A DNA stretch of 64,000 bases from Paragordius varius (taxonomy: Eukaryota; Animalia; Nematomorpha). The translations under genes and the position numbers were made by a program. The stretch is taken from NCBI GenBank assembly GCA_964247055.1, contig OZ176052.1:7130001-7194000 (forward strand), given 5' to 3'. Of the stretch, positions 39,260 to 51,591 are shown in pieces (the first letter of the stretch is position 1; every line of letters starts with the position of its first letter). Under the pieces are notes generated by a model. That model did no database searches, was not told where the DNA came from, and was given only the letters and a program-made list of their open reading frames with translations.

Positions 39260-42152
39260 ATGGAGCAGACTCATGTAACACAAGGTATGTTTATTATAAA
39301 ATTTAGTTACTCCAACCACTGGATTTAACTTGCGTAGGGCCATTCCACAATTCGTTTTGGATTTAATGATTCTCGTTGCAAGTTTAACTTAACATAAATA
39401 AAAGTGGCTCTTCCTCCCTTAATTTTGTTTAAAATTGGAAAACCTTATAAGCGAGGATTTTTCTGTAATGATCAATCATTAGATTATCCATACCTTGATT
39501 CCACTATAAATACGGGTGTTATGGTTGCATATACAATTTTAGTCCCAGTTTTATTGGTATCATATTCATATATATTATAAAGATTCCATGGTTTGAAGCT
39601 TTGGGGTATTATCAAAACCTTAAATGTCACTCAAAAACTATGGATAATAAAAGGAAATTTATGAATGATTTTTTGTTTAATGTCTATCATAATATTTGGC
39701 TCTTCTTATTTGGATATGCTATGACCCAAACTACTGTTGGTATGTTTCGATTTTTTTGTCTGTTTATAAAAAATATTAAATAGTATTTAAAATATCTGAC
39801 TGTGAGCAAAAATACGTGATTTTTAACTTTTTTTTATTATAAATACATATAGACATAGCCAAATATTCCATTGGTAGATTGCGTCCACACTTTTTTTCAT
39901 TGTGTAAACCAAATTACGGACAAGTTTGTAATCCACACGTTTTTATCACAAATTATACTTGCACAAATCCAAAGGCTACACCTTGGAGATTACGGGACGT
40001 AAGGTAGTTAAAACATATTTTTCTTGTATTTATTAGATTTTGGTTTTTAATAAGTCAAATAATGTAAACCGGTTTCATTGCTTATGGATAGTATTTTTAA
40101 TTTTCATACATTCAATAAACACCAAAATTGCAATGTATGATACCAAATAATAAAATTATTTACTTGAGCTTTTAATAGTCTAATACATTATTTATGACAA
40201 AAAACAAATTAAATTTTACAATGTTTCATGTTGGACCTTTTAATGACATAAACCATAGTTTTGAACAAATAAAGAATGAATTATGTAAATGATTTTAAAA
40301 CAATTAACTTGTATTATTGAATAGGAAGTTTACGGATATTAAGAAACATATTCATTACTTTCAAATTTTAATAGTGATAATGATATGTTAAAATTTGATA
40401 TAAAACCAGGAAAGCCTTTTTTACATTATGATATGGGTATGTCAGATTTAAACGCCAAAACTGCGCAATTTTTTAATCATCACTACTATTCCTGAGCTGG
40501 CGAGTGATTTGCCTAGGGCTTAATATAATTTCCTTGCCCTTTAATAAAAAACGAGACTGTCTCTAAACTAGGGGTGTTTAACACAAATGACTTCGCGGTC
40601 TGCATTTTACCAATATAAACAGATATTTATAAAGATTTTTTTAGATTTCAAACATAACCCTCTAGTGAAATCACGAAAACAATATAACTATTATTTATTT
40701 CATCAATTTTTGGTAGTTCGTTGCTAAAATTTAGAAAGACTTAAATAGAAAATTTAAAATATTAATTGTGCTAAGATTTTGTTGATAATTCCTAAATTAT
40801 CGGCGGCCGATGGCGCATATAAAATCGGAGGGCCACATGTTGCACCCTTGTGCTCTAAACTATGGATACCTACACAAATGTCTTTGCGCGCCGCATTTTA
40901 AAGTATAAACACAGGGGAAAATGATTACTTTATTACATTTTTAACATGAGGCCTAAGAAATTTAGGATTACAATATTTATGACAATAATTGTTCCTATGA
41001 TATAAAAATCACTTAGAAAAATAAAGAGATGGCTGATATTTATGTCCGGAAATATTTTAAAGGTTCAAATATTAGAATATTTTTACAATTATAAAATTTA
41101 ATTTTACTTGGTATTTTTAAACATTTTTTGCGGACTTCTCCAAAATTTGCGTAGGCCTCGTGTTGGATAACTGCTTTAAAATGTATTTATTAAATTGGAT
41201 AACCTTTGAATTCACACTTGTGCTTATGTCATCCATCACATATATTATATATTAGATTGTCGTTTGTTTCCGGACACGCTGCGTTAGCATGTTATTCCTT
41301 TGTGTTTTTGGCTTACTTTTTGCAAGTGCACGAAGCGACCAGGCGATACACGATAAGTAAAGCATGTCTCCAAGCTATTTGTTTTTGGGTGGCTTTGTAC
41401 ACTTCCTATACCCGGGTCAGTGATTACAAACATCATTGGAGTGATGTTTTTGCCGGAGCTCTTTTTGGGACCATTGCTGCTATCCTAATTGTAAGTTTTT
41501 TTAACATAGAATATGCAGGGGTTGTTTCAACTGTTCATTTAAATTTATATTGACTTGGTCGCTTTTACTTTCTTAATTTAATATAAAAAATGGTAGACAT
41601 AGTTTAGAACTCCCGATGGGAGTTGTTTTGCTATATTCGATTTTTGCATTGTGTGGTAACGTTACGTGTGTTCAGGTCTATTTTTATTTTATCACTATAG
41701 ATAAAAATATTGTGAGGATTTTTTAAAGGCACCATTAGCTCTTTTATAACCGTTTTTTATGCAAAAAGAAATAAACGATTTTGTAACATGAACCAATATC
41801 TCGGTGCTATATGGTTTTAAATGGATTTTTTTTAATTATTTTTACGATGTTTCTATTTTTTCTAAATTTTTTTAATTTATAAAAACAACCATACTATATA
41901 TTGCATTATTAACTTTCTACGGTATAAATTCAACTCTAAATTAATCAAAACAAGCGGGGCCAAAACTGTTTAAATTTTAATCCAGATTCGAGATTTTTAA
42001 CAAGATGTTATAATTATTGGTTGTTTATAATATATTTTTATATATGAAAGATGCGTTACATTTACACGGATAAAGATAATTGTCGCAGAAGAAGATTGGA
42101 ATTACAGTATAGCCAACAAAACTTAAATCAATACAATATGGCCAATGTTTGA
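39260..42152 (+). CDS. PLPP: Phospholipid phosphatase / lipid phosphate phosphohydrolase (PAP2 family, wunen/PLPP1-3-like), 7 exons, 298 aa
   Basis: join(39260-39284, 39307-39381, 39405-39556, 39583-39739, 39853-40003, 41256-41490, 42051-42152) = 897 nt. Motifs: PYKRGFFCNDQSLDYPY; C1 KYSIGRLRPHF; C2 SFVSGH; C3 YTRVSDYKHHWSDV. It aligns without gaps to vertebrate PLPP1 TM1 as recalled. The first and last exons are the least certain. Confidence 0.92.
40569..40852. mobile_element. Buster/Charlie-like hAT MITE in PLPP intron 5
   Basis: TAGGGGTGTTTAACAC...GGGCCACATGTTGCACCCTTGTG flanked by a perfect 8-bp TSD CTCTAAAC (40561-40568 / 40853-40860), resembling the nTCTAGAn-like target preference of Buster-type hATs. 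Confidence 0.75.
40943..41164. mobile_element. Unclassified ~220-bp MITE in PLPP intron 5
   Basis: Inverted ends AACATGAGGCCTAAGAAATTT / reverse complement AACACGAGGCCTACGCAAATTT; no clear TSD. Confidence 0.5.
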
Positions 42153-42999
42153 AAATTGCTTTTTTAATATTTGCATTTTTATATTTTAATTTTCATTTAT
42201 CAAGGTAATCAACATACACTGCCCCTACTATATTTTTTATAAGTATCTTAAATTTTTATATATTATTATTGTATGTGTTGCAATACCCATTTTACGCTGT
42301 AAATACAGATCTTAATTCAGGAATTTTCATCATATGCTTTAATTAAATCAAAATTTGCAATGTCAATTAATTATATGTTTTACAATTTAACTTTATTATT
42401 TTTTTCGCCAATCGGTTCATGAAAAATATAAATTCTAATAGTTGATGCGATATCATCATTAAACCCATATACTGAATTCAAAATACTTAAAACATTCTTT
42501 TTGTACATAATCCAAAACTCTATAATTTTAATAATCAATCCCCTATAAAATCTTTCACTGGTTTTGACCTCTTCTAAGAGCCTTAGACTAAGATGCGTTG
42601 CTCACATCCATCATAGATTAACAGATAATTACATCAATATAATGATGTCTTACTCTAACCGAGCTTTAAACCTGGCAGGGGCCCTTCAAAGGCCAAACTA
42701 AAAATAGTAGATGCGAAAAATTTATATGTTTGGGTATCAAAGTTTATTCTCTATATTCAAACGATCAGGGCAATTACATCGTTATGGATAGATGTTTTTG
42801 TATTACTGCTCAAATTTAGGTTTTTATCAAGTGCTTTCGCTCGCTTGTCGCTACTGATTCCATGTTTAAGATTCTTGATTTGCGTTCGAGTTATTTAAGG
42901 ATTGGTGTTTCTATTTGTATGGTTTTTTGGAGAGTTTCTTTTTTGTTTTAAGTGATCTATGTGTCTCAGAATTTTGCCGGTTGTATCTCACCATCTTTC

Positions 43000-43560
43000 C
43001 TAAACTTCATCCTTTTTATTTCCAATAAATATTTATCGGGGCAAACTCATTTTGCTTTAATTCAGTTCGAGTGAGCCATAATATCGGGCTGTTTAGCATG
43101 CCTTTTCAAGGAATATCATTGCAGATGGATTCATAATTGCACTCTGTGTAAACTTTCAATACCCATATAAAATTGTTTTCACCGCTTTATGTACATGCAT
43201 GGTATATTTGGTAGCCCTTTACCATAGGCTTGTCAATGTTGTTTAAACTTAATATTAAAAATGATTAACCATCGGTTACAATCTGTCGGAAACCCAAATC
43301 TCCCTATTTTTTGTTGACATTTAAAAGATTTTAAGATGTTATCTTATCGACTTCAACCCATCTGGAAGCACTGTCTTCTATCAGCAACCAAAATTAACCG
43401 TTAATCTTCCATTGTTTTATATTGGCTTTCTGACAGGGTTCATATGTTTCCTAATTTACTTAATTTATATCTAACTTCGGCTAAATGTGGATAGTTTTGC
43501 CTGTGTCTTCATTGTTTGTAATCTGATTTGGCATTGGTATCTAGTTGTTGAGTTGTCAGT
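43000..43560 (-). pseudogene. Decayed Ty3/Gypsy-type LTR retrotransposon integrase core (rve) relic
   Basis: The minus strand gives ING*FWLLIEDSASRWVEV (43340-43410), then RFGFP / frameshift / QIVTDG (43270-43310). These match the integrase consensus GPxNG..LxxVDxxSKWxEV and RFGxPxxIVSDNG. Multiple stops and frameshifts. Confidence 0.6.
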
Positions 43561-43827
43561 TTTTTTATTATAAAAAAAATACACAGTTTAGAGTTACTTA
43601 TGTTCCTATTAATTTTAAAGGGTAAGCTAAGGTGACCAGATTTTTTGAAGGAAAAAGCGGGACAAATCTGAGAAATGGGGGGGGGGGGGGTTATGAGATG
43701 GGGTGTACAACCAAAAATTTTAATACAAAAAATTTCTTGTATTATTATTTATTTTTAACACAAATACATTATATATATAAAAAAATATTTAAATCCTTGG
43801 TATATTTTTTATTTGAGTGAATGCGTT

Positions 43828-45588
43828 TTAGCAGATTGTCATCATTTTATAAAATATTGTAGAAGTCTTCACAAGATTTGTCAAATTATATTTGACAGAT
43901 AACACGGCCTTTAAAGTCTCAACATTTAAATTTGATTTTTCCGATGTCCACATCTGATTTACTGTGGAAAAAACGCGCTCAGTAGCAGCTTTGGTTCCAC
44001 GTAAAGATAATGCAACTACAATTTTTAAAATATTGTATGGAACATAGTTTGTTTCAAAATGATGAAATATTTCCAACCATTTCTTTTCTACTGTATTTTT
44101 TTCTGTTGTCCATAATTTAAGTTTTTCATTATTAATATATTTTATAACTAATGATATTTTAGAAAAAGGATATTTTCTCTAAGGTTATTTTGGGAATTTT
44201 TGGGAGATGCAGAAAGGATTTTTGAACATCGCACCAATTAAATTCTGGTTTTAATGTTATCCAATGAAAATGATCAATTTCATTAAATTGCACCGTCCAG
44301 TCTTCCAATAATCTTTACAGTTTGTATAAAACATTTTTAATGGTACAAGATATCTTGGCTATTTATTAAGCCTTGTTTTCCTAAATTATTTATAATATTG
44401 CGGATGTTTACTGGTATAAAATTATTTTATAACCTTTGTATATTGGAATTTTAGGTTATTAACTTCATTGGCTACTTCGATTGCCGAAGTTTTGTCACTT
44501 TCTATCAATTTAATAACATTTTTAAAGAGAGAAGCTTGATTATGTAGGAACTCTAACCATATTGAAGAATCACTTTCAAAAAACTTTTCCAAAGTTGTAG
44601 GACATTTGTCCTGTGATAAAAAATAGGATTTTAAAGGATCATTTTTTAAAATTCCTTCGATAGCTGGCAGAAGAGCAAACCAACGAGTTTTAAAATATCC
44701 AAGCATTTTTTAATATTGTACTTCTGTTGCACAGAATTTCTTAAGCGTTTCAACGCGTACCGTGTATATAAAAATAGGAATATACCTTAACAACTACATT
44801 TTCCACATCTAGGGGTAACAAATCAGCAGCTGTTTGAAAAGAGTTGTGTGTTATATGCGCTACACACCCAACGTCAATAATGGATTAAGATTATCTGCTA
44901 ATTACTGAAAATTATTTTTTGTTCCCCTCCTTGCTTTTCCACCGAAGTTCGTATTGGTGTTGTCACCGCAATATGCGATGATTTTGTCTTTTAAATTATT
45001 TTTTCCTAGAATATTCATTATTGAAGTAAAATTATGTCGGAATTCGCACCGGGTAGAGAAATAAAATTTAAAATTTTAATTTTACTCCGGTTTCTGGACA
45101 AAATATTTTATTAACGTGGGAAATATTTTTGTTTCCTGATTTGATACATCAGAGTATGGCGATATGAAATTAATTTTCAGGAAATCTTTTTGTATTCAGA
45201 AAATGCATGTGGCGAAAGGACAATGCAAATGCCTTCAACCTTTGTACGGGCACGAATAACCTGTGAGGTACAATCCATAGATCTAAAGGAATGATTGTGA
45301 TTAACGCGTGAAAAGATAAAACGCCTTGGGCTAGTGCCAAATTCTTTTCTTCCTCTCCAAAAGCGGTTTACGATAAAAATCCCCATTTTGTAAGATGATG
45401 CCACCATATCTAAACATTTTTTATGTTTCTGTGTTTCCATATGCTTTGTAATATTATGCTTACCGCCATGTGGTAGGGTGAACCCCTAACATAAAGCATT
45501 TAACAAATGATTCATTCTTCGTTTTTTTGATAAAAGGAAATTCTTTTATTAAATCATCGTTAAATTTACAACCTCTTTTTGTACTCAT
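43828..45588 (-). pseudogene. Frameshifted hAT transposase
   Basis: ATG at 45588. Fragments: N-terminal zinc-finger-like region (...KHMETQKHKK), TRWFALLPAIEGIL, and the C-terminal hATC dimerisation motif AATERVFSTVNQMWTSEKSNLNVETLKAVL. Broken into ORFs 45177-45440, 44422-44706 and 43828-44076. Confidence 0.88.
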
Positions 45589-45600
45589 ATTTTAAACTAA

Positions 45601-46194
45601 TCTATATATTTATAAAAATGGAAAATGCTGGCTTTGTGATCTGGTACCGGAAAACCGGTAGACCCATTCAAATCCAAAGTTCGAAAAAATATAATCATGA
45701 ATGTCCCAACAATAGCTTCGCCCTTTTTTGAAATAGGCCCCCAGTTCGGGCCCACCCCATGTGAAAAACGGGTTTTTTTCAAAACAAAAGTCCACATCGT
45801 GTCTTTGAGACAATTTTCTGGAGAACGTGTTGGACTATTTAATTTCAAATATGACTTTTGTTTACTTATTTTCGATTGCTCCGAACATAGTCGTCTAGCT
45901 TTTTTGATTAAGGCCATCTTTTTACCCGCTCCCCCCGTAAAATGCCATTTTTTTCAAAAAACAAAGTCCACAAAAATAATTTTTTAAATCTATTTTTTCG
46001 CCCTATTAAACAATATATTAATTAGTATGAATGCTCCGTTTTAAAATTCCTATAAAATCATATCTATTAAATAATGTTTCGAAATAATCCACATATGTGG
46101 ATCATTTTATTGTCCCTTATTTCAAATAGCCCTCCCCCCCCCAGAAGTCCGAAGGACTTCCTCTGGCTGCGTAGCAGCACGAGATTTACGCTAG
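45601..46194 (+). mobile_element. Non-autonomous Helitron copy 2, nested in hAT copy 1
   Basis: A|TCTATATATT...CTAG|T; subterminal hairpins GAAGTCC-GAA-GGACTTC and GCTGC-GTA-GCAGC; absent at the equivalent site of hAT copy 2 (~63340). Confidence 0.88.
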
Positions 46195-47029
46195 TATTAA
46201 TATAAAAAATATTATATTACCTTAATTTTCTGGAGTACACGTATAAGCTACCGATTTGTGATATTAATTTGTCTTTTTGATAATGTTGGCAGTAGGATTA
46301 GGAAGCAAAGTGTATAATCATATGATATAAATTTGAAAAAAATAAATATTTTTAATTTAAAAATAAAAAACTTTAATATAAATTGATACAGATTTTAAAG
46401 ATAACTGATGAAAAATTTAAACGGATAAAAAAAATAAATTTTTTATAAAAAACTAATATGTATTTAAAAAAATCTTTTTTATATAATCGTGAAAAAGCGG
46501 GAAGTTTCAAAAACGCGGGACGCGGGACAAAGTGTGAAAAAGCGGGACGTCTGGTCACCTTAGGGTAAGCGTTTAAATTGTATCAGGACTTGCAAAATAT
46601 TTAACATTCCCATGCCCAGACTGACAGTGATGCGGAAAAATTGCGTAGTTTCGGGGTTCGAAATCTAGCACTCCACGCACACAATATATCTGGAGGTCAT
46701 TTAATTTTTTCTATTATTGGATTTGCCAATGAATTTTTTATCATACACGTAGAATTAATTATTGCTTAATGACATTTATTCACACTTAAATCGTTTAATC
46801 TTGATAAGGCTTGTGTTTAGTTGTATTATTGCCCCTTTTAATTTATTTAACACTCTTATTCAGATGTTTTCTATATACGTCTAATAATATATTATTCATA
46901 ATGTTAAATTCTCAAGTTTTGCTAATAATTTTAAGACTGGTTTATAGTCGATTGCTCAATAACATTCAAAAAGTTCTATCAGCCGTTTCGATAATGGAAT
47001 AATTGGTGGTTAATACATTTGCTGTAGGC

Positions 47030-48405
47030 TAATGTGACCAGATATTTTGATCTCTGACGCAGTACAAAATTAAAACATTTCCCTGTATTTCCACAATTGG
47101 TGTGGTATATTGCACAGCTTCCACAAAATATCCTGATGAAATATATATATTCTGATAGGAAAATAACAAGTTGTTAAAGAAAGTTATTTACACGGTGGTA
47201 AGTGCTCCGTACAAAATTGCAAAAAAGAGCGCAATTCAAATATATTTTTTGGTGAGTATTAAATCTTTATTTCAAATAATATCACTAAAATATAACATAA
47301 ACTACATATAAAAATTACAATATCTTTTAAAAATATTACATTTTTAGATGTTGGCTCTGAAAGTTCCAAATTTTTTGGCTCTTTAAAATGCACTGTTCTC
47401 TTAAAATAACGCAAAATTCCGACATTGTGCAAAAATTTTAAATATATGCTAAATTTTGATATTAACTAAATATATTTTTTAAAAAATGCATACTTTCAAA
47501 AATTTATTTTTTAGCAAATTTTGTTGAAGCATACTACGGACTATTTTGAGCATAATGGAAACGATATAAACGGTTGAGATAATATAAAATATACATATAA
47601 TTTGGTAATGCTAATTTCTCAACCAGTATTGTTTTTTACAAAAATTCGCCAAAACTTTAAATTAAAATTCTCAGCCCATAGTAATGTTCAACATCATCGA
47701 ATTATTTATACAAAGGGTTTTAATATAAGCGAGATACCGTTTCCATCATGTTCAAAAAAGGTTCAAGTACGCTTCAAAAAATATCTCGAATTTGTTAATG
47801 CAAAAAATCAGAAAACTAATATAAATTAAAGTTTAGCAAAAAATTAAAAAATATCCTACCTTTCACCGAAAACCTAAAAAACTCTTAATCTTTTAATAAA
47901 AAAACAGGTTATTTCGAAATCATATGCCATATATAATAAATTTTAAAAAATATGTTACGGGAATACAATTTTTTATATAATTTTCCGTTTGATAATTATA
48001 ACAAAAAATAAAATTTCTAACTGATAAAAAATATATTAAAATATCATAAAATTTGTTAATTTTAAATGAGGCACCTCTTTTTGCGGAAGCCCGTGCTATT
48101 AGCCTGAATCCTACGGTGGAGTCGGAGATTTATGAACGGAAAAAATATTAATCAATTACAAATCTTAGTTTTTTAACCGCAAAATAAACCATTGCTTTAC
48201 AAATTGTGGGGTTAATTTTATAAAGGGTTTTATATTCAATATTCTAAAATAATTTTGTTGAATAAATAAAAGGTACTTAATATATATTTATAAAATATTA
48301 ATTTTTTATTTCAAAAAGCAGTACAAAAAAGGGCGCAGTACAGGCGCAGTTTTTTTCTAAAAACCCAGTACTGTACTGCGAAATACAGCCTATTTGGTCA
48401 CATTA
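47030..48405. mobile_element. Non-autonomous hAT element (1376 bp) with termini related to the Blackjack-like family
   Basis: TIR TAATGTGACCA(G/A)ATA; perfect 8-bp TSD CTGTAGGC (47022-47029 / 48406-48413); subterminal GCAGTACA repeats; no transposase ORF seen. Confidence 0.85.
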
Positions 48406-50939
48406 CTGTAGGCGTATTATGTCTTTCGCTTACCTTGAGAGGGAAGCGTAATTAAATTGATTTGCCTTCCACCTGTTTCCATTATTACCTTGTAGGATAG
48501 TGGGTAATTGTGATTTGTAAATAAAATATAAGCGTTTTTAATACTAAAATTCCAAAATATTTATACTTAAAATGTAAAAAGCATTGTATAATATAAAAGT
48601 GAGTTTTGTAATTTTATATAATTATTTTTTGTTTCTCTAAAGGTAACGATCGGGTAAAACAACATATTTTAATACAAAAGTAGGAAACAATTTTTGGATT
48701 TTAAATGCTTTACCTATGTGAATATCGAGCTCCGTAAATATGCACTATAATCAAAACACATTTGCAAGATATAGCTACCAGCTACTAATCAGGCTTGCAC
48801 ACTAGTCAGTATATACTATGTCTCAATTTTGTAGATAAACTACAGTTGTGAAAGATATTTTAGTTAGTTAATTAACAAACATTGTTCTGAAGTATTAGAT
48901 AAGAGTCTAAAATTGGGACAGCTTCAAAACAGATAAAGAGAACAGCTGATATTAAAAGCTACATAATTTAAGTTTTTGCTGGTAAATATTTAAAAAAATT
49001 TTTTTAGATTCGTCTCTATTTAAATACTTTTTAAGATATTCAAATTTCAAATCTCTCTGGAATATTAAACTAGCCCAAAAGGTAATAAAGTGTCAATATT
49101 AAAAAACTGATGCTAAGCAGTCAGCTGTTTTTAAATTTTAAATTATTAGCTAATGGACCATTTTAACTCTAAATGCTGGTGATTTCTTTCCAAAAACATA
49201 AAAAATTAAACTACATTTTTATTCGTAAATTTAATACACTATTTAATGTTTATAATTATATATTAAAAAATCAGATTGTTTAACTTAATTATATCGCTAT
49301 TTAGCAACTATCATTCTGATGTTAAAATATGTTTAGTAAGCCCATAAATACTGGTCAATTCTTGAAATGGTAAACCATCGTACAGTATGAACCCAATTTG
49401 ATCCACAAATGATAAATGTTGTAAGATAAGAAAAAAATGTAATTTATCCATTTGTTGCTTTTTACCCATACTCTACTGTAGCACAAATCGACCAAAAATA
49501 ATGTCTATTGACCAACTTTAATGTGCATAATGTATTTAAAATTAGTAAATTTATCCAAACACTTAAGATCGTATCATATTTAAATGAGAATAATTTATAC
49601 ATTTTTTAAATGTACTTTTGTACTTAATGCCATGAACCTAAAAATGTATTATAGAAGGCTTTACGCTTCTTAATTATTAGGCAGTGAAACCAATAATTTA
49701 CATGTGATAAAAGAATTTCAGAAAAACAAGAAATTTATTCTTATCGCAAAGTTTTAAATGCATTTTAAGGCAATTTTTTTCACAAAAAACATGATGATTT
49801 ATAAAAATTAACGCTTTTTACAGAAAATCGGCTATATCCACAGCTACAATGGTATTAAGAGTTGCGCCAAGGATAGGGTTTTTACTTCAGCAAAAGTTAT
49901 TAAACATTGCACCAATAAATATAGGCGTTTATATGTGCTTTTTACCCTATTAAAAAAATTTAATATGAAAATAGCTTGTTTCTGGAATAAAACGAAAAAT
50001 GTTCACGTTATTAGTATTTGGTTTTTTAGTATTTTTGTTTTAAGTTGATTTTTATTGTAAGAAAATATCTAACCCGATAACTCATTGAAATATAAAGATT
50101 TGTAACGAAAATTTTTCGGTGAAGATTGAAAATATTGTATGGGGTGCGAAAGGTTTGGGCGAACATTGATTTTTTAAATTTAATCCAGGATTTTTATATG
50201 CGAATTAGAAATAAATAATTAACTGCAAATATAATGCGACAACTTGCTAATAATCATAACACTAATAGCTAATTAGAATATATATTAGCAATTTTAATTA
50301 TTGCCCATAAAATATGCCTAAAAATAGGGTCATATCATTTATCAATTTTATGATTTTAGTTTTCTATTAGGGAGTTGGATTTTTAGGAAACTTTAATTAA
50401 ATTAGAGTTTTTTATGAGAATAAGTTTAGCATTATTACAAATAATTATCAAGGCGATATTAGCATACTAACACTTAACTAGGATAATGCTTCATTGTTTA
50501 GGAAAAGATTCACAACTAGTAAATATTTTATAATCATATATTTTTCTGTGCGTCCTATAGCGAATCAACGTCTCCATTATCCACAAAGAACAGCCTTTCA
50601 CATTGAGTTTTCCGTAAATAATAATCATATAGGGCAGGTCGAAGACTAATGCAATAAAGCTTTTGCAATATATTAATATATTTTTATTATCTTTTGAAGA
50701 ACACAGATATAATCAACAACATGTACTGGCAATATTTATATGGGCTAAATAAGTCATCACAAGTTTAACTAAAAATAGGTGTCAGCAAAGATCCGATAGA
50801 CGCCATTTTGTTTATTTTCGTTTAATATTAAACGACAAACACACCATGAGACCGCCAAAATCAAGCATATTTTTATTATTCTATAATCATGTCGAATCTT
50901 GTGCCTGAAAAAATGCTTTAAGATCACGAAGACCCATTT

Positions 50940-51570
50940 TTGCATCGAATTGTGGCGTAACCTTATTTTGTTTATCTAAAGCAGGAAAATCGTAACTTTC
51001 ACCATGTCCAGCCGTTTAATTCCCACCAACGCCAAATCGCTTTGGTAAGAAAGTCATTCTCTGTGTTTGATGAGAACACGGTATTGTTTTTTTTAGAGGC
51101 ACCGTTACGTCATTGCACAACGCTATCGCCAGCTAATATCTTAGGACCATGCATTAATCGAAAAACTACTGGGATAAGCCAGAAAACATGACAAAGGGAT
51201 TTTGCTACATAAAAATGCTCCGTCTCGCACAACGAGTAAAAGACACCTTGGAATTGCTTTGATTGAAATTTTTTCGCATCAAGTGTACTTTCCTGGCGGA
51301 ATGCCATCTGACTATTACTCATTCGCATCAATGTAACACACGCTGCTGGAGCATAACTGCAATAATTTCGAGGATGTCAAATTTGCCGAAAAACACATAC
51401 AGTTTCTCTGGAATGACATTCATATATTCTGAAAAATGGGCAAAATGAGTTGAATCCGATGCACAATATATAAATCGTTTACCTAGGGTTGTAATTTTGG
51501 CAGTTATGCAAAGTGAACCGTCATACTTCAACATGATATGACGAGCACATCGACTTTTTAAAAACACATG
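50940..51570 (-). pseudogene. Unidentified degenerate coding-like relic, probably transposon-derived
   Basis: GC is elevated relative to the flanks, and overlapping broken ORFs 51328-51567 and 51110-51331 lie in different frames. There is no convincing exon structure and no recognisable motif. Confidence 0.3.
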
Positions 51571-51591
51571 TTAGTTGGAAATATTGATATA

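Larger units (their letters stand above)
43628..46562 (-). mobile_element. hAT DNA transposon copy 1 (Blackjack-like termini), degenerate, with a nested Helitron
   Basis: 13-bp TIR TAAGGTGACCAGA; perfect 8-bp TSD GGGTAAGC (43620-43627 / 46563-46570); subterminal GCGGGAC repeats; transposase on the minus strand. Confidence 0.92.

Noticed and set aside
43676-43690. G15 run (and C-runs at ~27848-27863 and 46130-46142) as G-quadruplex regulatory elements
   Set aside because: They are homopolymer tracts internal to the hAT and Helitron families, vary in length between copies and are prone to sequencing error; there is no evidence of function.
45597-45987. ORFs 45597-45917, 45610-45813 and 45697-45987
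   Set aside because: They lie wholly in the non-autonomous Helitron, show no Rep/helicase motifs, and are not conserved as ORFs in the copy at 27363.
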